Below, piece after piece: positions 1-9,600 of a stretch of 64,000 nt of DNA; position 1 is the first letter of the stretch; every line of letters starts with the position of its first letter. The stretch comes from Botryllus schlosseri. Taxonomy: Eukaryota. The notes under the pieces are model-generated. The model was not told where the DNA came from. It ran no database searches and saw only the letters and a program-made list of their open reading frames with translations. The DNA lies in NCBI GenBank assembly GCA_051294905.1, contig CM119382.1, positions 9,300,001 to 9,364,000 on the forward strand, in the 5' to 3' direction. The position numbers and the translations under genes are program-made.

Positions 1-2406
1 ATTGTATTGAGGTAAGTCGTGCGTACAAGGACAGCTGCATTTCCTGCGATAGAAGGTTATTACGAAATAAGTTTTATCGCGCAACCGATGGACTGAAACC
101 CTCAGTCGCGTGCCGACCACCGACCCAAATGACAGGAGTACAAAAATTCCGCGCTGATCATTGTCATTCGTGCAGATATGCCAAGCTGTCAACAATCGAG
201 CATGGAAGTCCGATAGTGAGACCGTTATGGTGGGTGAATCGTGAAGACTCGGTGACATATACTGTGGGCGATGAGTTCCTTATTGGAGATGAGGTTCTAG
301 TTGCACCGATTGTGCACGAAGGAACGACTTCTAGGGATATTTATCTTCCTGGTCCAGAAGGGTGGAAATGGAAAGATCAAAGAACGGGAGAGGTAAGTTA
401 TAACGACGTGGCTACTATAGTGTCAATTGTCGCTTAATTGCACCTTCTGAATTTAACAAAGTTTCTTCAAAAGTCTCCGTAGCTTTCACATATCACTTGT
501 CCGAAACGAGTTGTATAGGCTACGTTTAAACAGTTCGTTATAACACTTGCACCACTCTGACGCTATACGCTAGGGCAGTGGTGTCAAACATACGGCCCGC
601 GAATCAATTCTGGGTATATTGAAACATGCGTATATTATCCAGCACATTTGTACCAGATGTAAAGTTTTTTTTTATGAAATATTGCCATTAAGTGATCCCT
701 CAAGACAGCCAATGTCGAGCAAGTCCCTCGGCCACACACACCCGACTGCGGTGCTCGTGTATCACTCTATAGTTACCACTAGGAACAAGTCGGTGACTTT
801 GCACCGAATTTTGAGATGGCAAAAAGTGTACACTGAGTTCGTGGGAAAATGGACCAAACGTAGACCAAGCGAAAACCCCAATGCGGTACCTACGCAGTTT
901 ACATGGAGAATATATTGGTTTAAAAAAACATAATTCAAATATCTGTGGTAGCACTGCGGTGTCACATACAACTCAAAAGGTCCCCAGACCCCATACAAAC
1001 CCGAATCGCGATTTAATAATAAGAATACAAATTCCCACGTCCGCGTTTACATCTCTTGTCTTCTTCACTCCTCATACGCAGACCAGATTACGACTAAAGC
1101 AAAGGGAGCCTGCCAAATTATATCGTCGTTAGAGCCATTGTTTTAGCGGTTTATATCTGCATTCAATCAATCATTGTGTTTTTATCAATTCCATTGTTCG
1201 CGAATAAAGGTATCTTGCTAGAATAAAACCTCTATGATCCGTGGCACAATCACAATGTAATATACTATTATCTATATATACTTGAAATAAAGTATTCAGG
1301 TGAAAAGATAGGGCATGAAGTAATATTTTGAAATCAGTTGACTGGTGCGGCCGGCGAACGATTTGAAGGTTTGAATCCGGCCCGCGGCGCGATTTGAGTT
1401 TGACACCCCTGCGCTAGGGTTACCATATTCTGGAATCGGGAAGGAGGACACTTTTCACAAATCATAAAAGCTAGTTTACCGATATTTGAAAAGTGCTGAT
1501 TTTGACTTATTTAGTGGAAATTTTGTTGTGTTGACTAAAAAAAAAAAGATAATCACTTTGACTCAACTCCCGAATGACCCGCTCTAACGACCCCGTCACG
1601 CATTTCGCGTTATTTATGTTGATGTGCTGTTGACCCTGTACATTTAGTATGAAGGACATCTAGCAACCCTACGCTAGCCCAAACTAGACCATGAACTCCC
1701 TCCCTCACCATACAAAAATACGTCCCACACTTCTAAATAAATTTAAATTTTGATGTTTTATTCCTCTAGTACTAACTAATAGAAAAGCGCCCAAATTATT
1801 GCTCTCTGGAAATGAGATATATAATTCTAATGTATCTAGCGGACCGGGCGCGGGGGGAGGGGGGTAGCGTAGTGATGACAATAAACGTATACCCAGGCTG
1901 CCTCCTCCCCCACGTTGCTGTTCCTTACGGCGACAAAAAAGCCCAGAAAAATGCCCGATGAAAGGACGCACTCACAAGAAATGGAAAGTGCAAGAACGAG
2001 CCACGGAATAGAGTTTAACATCGAAAAAGAACTGTAACATCGAGCCCTAGGTCGAGGTCGATGCCAGTTTAAGATAACGCAACTGGTCGTTCGGCATTCT
2101 CCTATTTGTTTATTACGTCGCATTGTGTATTATCGCATTGTACATTGTGCGTGTCGTGATCAGATGAAAACGTAATCTGACGAATATTGATTAATGACCG
2201 ACAGAAAATGTGTCACGGACCGGCGTTCGAGGATCACTGGTGTATCGAATCTTGGGTGTATTTGACCCGATCGTATTCTGCACTGGTCCGATAACACCAT
2301 ACTGTTTCAGATCTACTCATCGTCACAGTGGCTTTCAGACTACGAGATTCCTCTGGAGGAGATTGCGTTCTTCAGCGCCATCAAGCCCCCAGAAAATGAC
2401 GCATAA
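1..2406 (+). CDS. MYORG: 3' end of a glycoside hydrolase family 31 gene, MYORG/NET37-like (last three exons; 5' part outside window)
   Basis: Exons <1-11, 176-392 and 2311-2406, with GTAAGT donors at 12 and 393 and CAG acceptors at 175 and 2310. Phases are consistent (2, 0). Translation: IVLRYAKLSTIEHGSPIVRPLWWVNREDSVTYTVGDEFLIGDEVLVAPIVHEGTTSRDIYLPGPEGWKWKDQRTGE|IYSSSQWLSDYEIPLEEIAFFSAIKPPENDA*. The PIVRPLWW, DEFLIGD-LVAP, RDIYLP and DY-I-LEEIAFF motifs match the GH31 C-terminus of the MYORG type. Orthologue versus paralogue cannot be decided here. Confidence 0.85.
576..1411. mobile_element. Non-autonomous hAT (Charlie-like) DNA transposon
   Basis: TIRs CAGTGGTGTCAAAC (576) and GTTTGACACCCCTG (ends 1411), with subterminal CGGCCCGC motifs. 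Perfect 8-bp TSD CGCTAGGG at 568-575 and 1412-1419. No intact transposase ORF. Confidence 0.9.
1415..1671. mobile_element. Degenerate TAGGG-type hAT MITE (same family as 4098-4488)
   Basis: Left end TAGGGTTACCATATT...GAGGACAC; right end CTAGCAACCCTA. Internal GTTGACTAAAAAAA is shared with 4098-4488. No clean TSD. Confidence 0.7.
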
Positions 2407-2492
2407 AGAAACGGAATTTGCATGAGTCACGTGATCATACTGGTGTTGATTTGAATTTATTGGAGCTTGAATAGTGGGGGTTATATAATTCC

Positions 2493-2498
2493 AATAAA
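2493..2498 (+). promoter_or_regulatory. Probable polyadenylation signal of the GH31 gene
   Basis: AATAAA 87 nt after the TAA stop at 2404-2406. Confidence 0.55.
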
Positions 2499-3569
2499 AT
2501 ACTTGTGTCGGAATATATCCGAAACCAATACTGACGATTGGGTTTGTTGAGCAGTAAGAAATTTACGCAGAAATTTGTTTAACAAGTTTGATCACTGATA
2601 CGAGACAAAAGTGGTGAGAATATTGCAAACGATGACATGATTTACCCTGATAAATCGATTGTATTACTACGTCCACTGCAGAGGGCTCAGTACAGGACTA
2701 CTTGCTTTTTCAGAGCATTCAAGTAGGTTTTGCATACTTGCAGTACTCACTCAGAAGGTAATGTTTTCTACATGAACAGTGAACACTTATCTAGGAAAAA
2801 CAACCTTCTGCTTACAATTTCGATATCGATATGTATAAACTAGTTTTGGGATCAGTTTGTATCACTCTTATGAGTGAAATTGGTATAAGAACTAAGTACA
2901 TGAATATCCCTGTACCACGGCAACAGAATATAGTTTCAAAATTAGCACCTATTTTTCGTGTCGACAGTCAAATGTCGTGAAGATAGACTACATCCGCGTC
3001 AGCGGTGTCTTACAAAAGCCTAGAGGTGGGCCGTGCTATAAGTCGGCAGTTACGGAAAATAAGAAGAATATCGGCCTGGTGTAAATGACCATGGTAGTCG
3101 ACAAACACCATGAATACCCCAAGAACAAACAAACAGACTACATCATTCTATTTCGAACGTGGCCACTTCTTGATTACCACTAAAAGTATGCGACCCCTCG
3201 AACAAATCTACTCTTTAAACTATACTTAATTGAGTAGGCCTAGGCCTACTTTTCAGGCTGTAATTTCCCATTGAAGTAGTTTTGTGATGTCTTGGAAATC
3301 GCTCCATCTTGTAATTGAGTAGAGATTTAGTGCATTATTATTCGTCCTCTATTTGAGTAGCAATTGACCATTTTGACAATCGAACCTCTGGTCCGTTTTG
3401 ACTCGCCAGTATTTCATCCCGCCATGTTGTCTGTCTTTTGTCTCGTGCACTGGAGTTGTATATGCTCGACGTGACAGAATTCTCGACAATGCGACCGCGC
3501 TCGTGTAAAGATACGCACAACAGGCAGGTTTGTTTTTGTGAACTGCTTTGTTGTAGTATGACACTCTCC

Positions 3570-3996
3570 CATGGCTTGTAATTACTCAACTCGTTACTTC
3601 GTGTGTTGGGTCGACTTGTACTCGAGTCATTATGCATGACTGGACCAAGTAATTTGATTGCAGACATTTCTATTTATGACTTGATACAAGAATCGTGCAC
3701 CAGGACTGATAATTGATAAATAGGCCTAGAAACAGTTTAAATAAATTTCTTAAGAGTGAAAAAACTGAGCATTTATGAATGCGAGGCCTTCGATATCGCC
3801 CAAAAACTTCAAAAAGTAAGTTGGACATGACTTGAACTCAATAATGAATAGTGAACAAAATTACTTTTACTCGCACTCGAGTCTCGACATTATGACTCGG
3901 TGCATGGTGAGTTGTAAATGACTCGAATAGGAGTAGAAACTATAAAAGTAAGATTGACTTGTGACTCGGAACTGTGTGAGGTTGGCTACAACCCTG
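3570..3996. mobile_element. GACTCGA-rich MITE, copy 1
   Basis: Ends CATGGCTTGTAA and GGCTACAACCCTG, with many GACTCG sub-repeats. Flanks CACTCTCC/CACTCGCG (6/8) suggest a decayed 8-bp TSD. Collinear with 10363-10800. Confidence 0.75.
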
Positions 3997-4097
3997 CACT
4001 CGCGCATTTTGATTGGTGGCTGGCCACTGATTCCTAACTGCCAACAGCTTGAGAATGATTCATTGTACCCCATCATCCATGGTTAGACACCTTTACT

Positions 4098-4488
4098 TAG
4101 GGTTACCATATTTTGGAAATCTAAAAAGAGGACACTTTTTTCAGAAATTTGAGACTTGCAAAACCGGAGAAGAATTCTCAAAAATCGGTGAATTTTTCCC
4201 ACTTTGTGATCGGTTGACTAAAAAAAGGGCAATTTTCACGCTCAGAGCCCAAAATACCGTTTCTTCCTCCACATTGCCGGGTGGTTGACTAAAAAAAAAG
4301 GTCAACTTTTCGCCCAGCCGGAGCGTCACTTCTGTGCTAATTTACGGCGTACTCGTATTCTGCTCTAAATATGACCTAAATTTTCAGAAGAGGACAAAAT
4401 CTTAAAAAAGAGGACAAAAAGGCGTCCTCCGAGGACACTTTCAAAAAAGGGGACAAATCCTCTTAAAAGAGGACGTATGGTAACCCTA
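4098..4488. mobile_element. hAT-type MITE
   Basis: Perfect 13-bp TIR TAGGGTTACCATA/TATGGTAACCCTA. Perfect 8-bp TSD CCTTTACT at 4090-4097 and 4489-4496. Repeated AAAAGAGGAC subterminal motifs. Confidence 0.92.
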
Positions 4489-4735
4489 CCTTTACTTACG
4501 TCCACTTTTCCATCTGTAATCGGACGTATTAATAAGCACCGTCCTCTATTTGCTTGTTGTAAATATGCATGTATGGTTGTATACTGTCTAAACCAGGCGT
4601 CACCAACTCAACATTGATCGCATTTCCAAGAGAGCCAGTATTCCAACTTGGTAGGCGCCGCCGGCCAAAACTTGGCAATATCGAAAGGCAAAGGTTCTGC
4701 GATACTGCTATTGTCACTCAATGCACTCTATAACC

Positions 4736-5001
4736 CAAGGGTCGGGAACCTTTTCTATATACCGGAAATCTTGTGTCGACTAATAAAAGGTCATCGCTTT
4801 GTCTCGACTCCCGCATCACCCATTTTTTACGTCAGGCTACTTCTGGGGTGTTGACTAAACATTTTAAAGATTTTACTCCCGCGCAACCACCTTTTAGTCC
4901 GTAAATTAAGGTCTTCCATATGTTCCCGACCTCTGCTATAACCTTTTTACGTTCAGTATATGTCCTGGTGCTACATGCGGCCCACGAGTTAGTGAGCCCT
5001 G
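4736..5001. mobile_element. Degenerate Charlie-like hAT MITE
   Basis: Left end CAAGGGTCGGGAAC; right end GCGGCCCACGAG...GAGCCCTG followed by GTCTAAAC, a Charlie-type target. The left flank matches only loosely. Confidence 0.45.
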
Positions 5002-5363
5002 GTCTAAACAGTAGCTGTTTGTAACTAAATGATTTCCCAATCTGTTGCTACAGTCTGCTTTTGCCAAATATACCCATAGGTATTCTATAATAGCGGCCTG
5101 GAAGCAGTGTGTCTACCATACCCCCCAAATACGAAATACTCATACATTTATGATGCCGATGTATTATTATAGACGGCAACAATATAACACATCACACATG
5201 CAAATATCAGATCGATTACAATATGGTACGCCAGTCCCCGTTTCCAGCCGTGTCTTTAAAGAACGCTCTCATCTGAAATGCATCGCACCAGTATGAAAGT
5301 CAAAATCGAAATTATCCTTTACGGCTTCAGGCTTGGGGCGCACGGTGGGAGCAGATCTACAAT

Positions 5364-6670
5364 TTACTTCATAAGAAATGGAGGCCGATGAATTACGGAA
5401 TCAAGGTTGACAGTGTGTCCACTACATGGGGTGGGAAAAAATTAATTCAGCAGGATGTAGACATGAATACTGTTTAGCTACGAGAGGTCGTCAGAGTAGT
5501 CAGGCTTCCTACTCAAGTAGAAGCAGAAGTGATGTCTTCAAAGTTGCAGTAAAAAGTGGCATGGAAAAATAGAAAAAGTTGCAAATATATCTATATTTAT
5601 AGCAATTAGACGACATCATGGTACCATAGTAAAGCAACGGCCAGCAGCGTAGCTATGGTAAAAGTTTAAATTTGAGGACACAGGAGGGTACTGTAAAGCC
5701 CCAAAACATCCATCGAAACTCACCATTGCCTTGCCATGGGAGCGCCAGTCACTTCCAGACTAGCGAAAGCAGACGTTTCCCCGTGTACATTCCTGGCGAC
5801 ACATCGATAAGTGCCAACGTCCTCTCTCCCACAGTTCTGGATTTCCAAGGACACAACCCCTGCAAAGAGAATGGTGAATTATATATGACACGATCAGCGT
5901 AAATAACAGGAGAGCACAACGCTTAGTAATCACTAATCACATTGGGTAAGATATGTCTTGAAAATAATTTCAAGGGCCAAGCAGGTTAGTAGTAGAAAAT
6001 TGATAGCAAATTGAAAGTACCCTATTTGAAACCTCAGATAACTGACTGGGCTTACCGTCGACATCGGAGCTATTGTACTTTTCACCATCCACAAACAGCA
6101 CCATGCCATCTTTGTACCATTGAATAGTAGCGGCAGGAAGAGCCCTGACGGCGGCTGTGAATTTGGTTTTCATACCGACGTGAACAACGTGCGACCTGTT
6201 ATAAAAGGAACGAACAATTAGATAACGCTCAATCACAGAAGACCAGGTCTGATGAGCAGGGATGGTCACTGCATCCCTTTTGTGAGTGGAATTGTCATAA
6301 GAATAGTGTGATATAGCCCCTGCAGCTAAAAATATTTTGAAAGATTCAATTTATTTATAGTGGCATTAGTCATATTGTGTCAGTACGTAAAATTAGCCAA
6401 TAGGCATGGTCGAAATATACCAAATATTCATTAATGTGATTTGGAATGACATTATATTCTTTATGGTCGGATAAAAGGTGTATATTTGATCTTTCCACAT
6501 CTGTCTTAATGTTGTGACATCATACTGAGGGATACTCGAATACTCCAATCGACTCAAAGCCTAAGTCTCGATTCAGAATCGACTCATGCCTAGTGATAAC
6601 TGGCAACCGCTATGGAGCGGTCGTTCACTACCCACCTCATTTTAAGCTGAAATTTCGGGGATCCGTCGGA
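5364..6670 (-). CDS. TTN: Titin M4 Ig domain and apparent C-terminus
   Basis: Exons 6636-6737 (part), 6056-6195, 5724-5859 and putative last exon 5364-5421. Translation: SPKFQLKMRSHVVHVGMKTKFTAAVRALPAATIQWYKDG...GVVSLEIQNCGREDVGTYRCVARNVHGETSAFASLEVTGAPMARQ|CGHTVNLDSVIHRPPFLMK*. M4 is well supported; the last exon (acceptor TTTTTCCCACCCCATGTAG, TAA at 5364-5366) is less certain. Confidence 0.75.
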
Positions 6671-9600
6671 GGATTCTTTGATTTCACACGGCTTTTCAGG
6701 ACGCAAGTTTGAAAATCGGATACCTGACTTCTGTATTCTGAAAACAGACAAAAAATTACAATAATCCACGCAGTCAATAATGGTGTTATCAACAGAGGAC
6801 AGTTGCGATCTACAGCCAGCTAAATTTTAACACACACAAAGCGACAGTATATATAGCAGTATAACATATCTCACCTTGCGGGTGGCCTGTGCGATTCCGG
6901 TATGATGGTATCGGAAGACGTCGATGAAGAAGATGACAAGGTACGTTTCCTGAGCATTAGATCACTCACAGGTCTGGTGAGTTCCTCGAATTGGAAAGAT
7001 CTGAGAATAATCGGTGGGATAACATAACAAAACAGGTAGTTATCAATGATAAGTACAATATGTGCATCAGTCTTCACATAAGTTTGAATAATGGACACAA
7101 GATACATTGAATCCACCGCAACGGAATATGCTTCAATAGTTATCTTTAAACATGAAAAACTTATGAGATTCATATAGCCATTGAGTATATCGGGTTAGAA
7201 TTATATGATATAAGAAAACGCCTGTAAGTACACACAGACACAATGTCTATATTACCTGCCCTACATTTGACGTTACCTCTTACGGATTTGGGCTCCATTT
7301 TCCGGCCTCGATTTCGACATCTTTTTCTTGGATCTGAGAGCGGAAAGTTGACCCTCGATCTCTTGTTCGAGCTCGCTGTCGCGGTCGTTCGCTTTCTGTC
7401 GCACTTTTTTCAATCTCTTCTCGTACCACGACTCGACCGTCTTTTTCGACTCTCTGTTTTCGGCGTGAGAGTTTTGACCGCAACCTTGGTACTGCGATAT
7501 CTTGCCGGAGAGCGACCGAAGTAGATCGCTTTCTTGGATGGAATCTAGAGTTTCCGACCTGCGTGTATGGATTGCGTTGGGATGAAGTTCTATCTTCGAT
7601 TCAAGAGTCAAGGGACTAAAATGATGGATAAAGGATAGGCACATATACACACTGACCTCATGTTGAGGAGCAGGGAAATAATCTTTGAGCGTTTAGAACA
7701 GTGATTTTTAACCTTTTCATTGTTGCCGCTGAATTGATAATATGAAAATGTTCCTCAACAACCTCTAAATTTGGTAAGGTTATTACCAAAAAAGGCTCCC
7801 TTCGCCGATACCTACTCACGGCCTATTGGGGTGCTGATTACTAAAAACAGGTCAACATCAACACCTTTGCAACCATAAGAAAAAAGGCAAGAAAGTAAAT
7901 ATACTACCTTAATGAACACATCTGGCTTCGTAGCATATGAACAGCCTACCTCGATTTGATATCGCTGTCAATAGATCTGTGCCTGTCCATCAATTTCTTC
8001 AAGGAAGTAGAAGGAGCATTTTTCGTCGGCATTTCATACGAAGGAAGCGGGTCGACATTTTGCCTTTTGCGCAATCTGTGAACGTTTCATTGGTAATACA
8101 CCACTGATTTTGTAAACATTTGAAGAGATTCTTGGAGGTACAGAGTACATTCATATTGAAATAAACCGGAATATTTTCGGCTGACACTCGTCAGGGGTAA
8201 CCGTCAGCAATTAGTAGAGACTTGGAAAGAACATCGCATATCAACAATCGTATCACAAAATATGACGTCTACCTGTTGCGACACGTGATTTGATCGCTAG
8301 TGACCTCTTCTTCGGCAAGGTATTCGATGCTCGACTGCTCCAGCAGATATTCGTCGACCGGCTTCAAATACTAAAATGAAATCCAGATTTAGACTCAAGC
8401 ATAGATTACAGGAGACGGAATAGATAAATTGCTTGAAACATCCTGGAATCACAACAGACTTTGGTTTAATGTTGGCATGTGACCAACAAACAGAGTTGGT
8501 CAAGGTAATCAGCATTGGTACTCAAGCATAAGTAGAAGTAACATTGCTGCAATTTTTGAAAATATTTCACGTTTACGTGATAGAAATTCTAGTTCGCACA
8601 GTTCTTATGACAATTTCACTGAGAACGATGATGCAACATAGCCATAAACTACTTTCTAAATTCCTCAATGCCTCAATGCAAGGAGTCACCTTTTCATCAT
8701 CCTTCATCGGACGGAAGAATTTCCTCCTGACAGCAGGCGGCGTAACTTTCCGTTCCGACATACCCTCGTTTTGCTCGTGCTTTGGAATCTTTTCCGTAGT
8801 CATCCTGTGCCCGGGCACTAGATACGCAGTATCGGGCAGGATATGCCGTTTGACGCGGTGCGATTTAACACTTGGCTGCTGGGTATCATGGGCGATGTAC
8901 AGCTCATTCGACAATTTAACCTTGACAGAAAATAGTGCCAGCGAATAATCCAGACATATTCTTTACTTGTGGTGATAGAAAAGATACCTTTTTATACCAC
9001 TTTGATGCGCTACGCGGCTCGTACATCATCAATTCTTTATTCCATTCTAAAGCGTGATCGTCATGTTCCAAGAGTGGTGGCATGACATACGGCATGCTCG
9101 CGGTTAGCTTCTCTTCTTTGATACGTTCTCTTTCGGCTTCATCCTCCAAGCTTATCTCTTGTACCGTTTCGAGCTCCATGAAACGCATGTTCGACGAAGC
9201 CGTGGCTAAAGCCTGTTGGGCGCTCTCGGGCAGATTGTGATCGTAGTTTTCGCCTTTCAACGCTGCCAGAATATCTGCTTTCTTGTAGCCTTGATCTTTC
9301 TTTGGCCGGGAGTCACTGAAGCAAAAAAAAACGATGTACAGAACTTGGGCAAACGTAATATTGTAATATATAACAGGGAACAACTGCATCTTTGTAAGAT
9401 TTTTAGTAATTTATAATCAGTGTGAACTATGTTAAGACCAAAGTGGTCACAGCGGTTCATAATAATATTCAAGCACGAGAAGTGACAATTCGAAAAGCAT
9501 GTTTAAAGCACTTCATGTAGAAATAGGATATAGAACGTTTTATAAAGTACCAGAGTAGCTTGAAAAAGTAGTTCGGAACATTGTGTCACAGATTTTTTTT

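Noticed and set aside
1847-1865. G-rich tract GGGCGCGGGGGGAGGGGGG as a functional G-quadruplex
   Set aside because: A single intronic tract with no supporting context or second copy; it cannot be distinguished from a repeat remnant.
3338-3667. Minus-strand ORFs downstream of titin as M5 or later exons
   Set aside because: None of the three frames shows I-set motifs (W in strand C, D-G-Y-C), and the region abuts a MITE.
5269-5356. Frame SAPTVRPKPEAVKDNFDFDFHTGAMHFR* as the titin terminal exon
   Set aside because: Joining the phase-2 donor (TG) to this acceptor (first base A) creates TGA immediately, so the frame cannot be translated from that splice.
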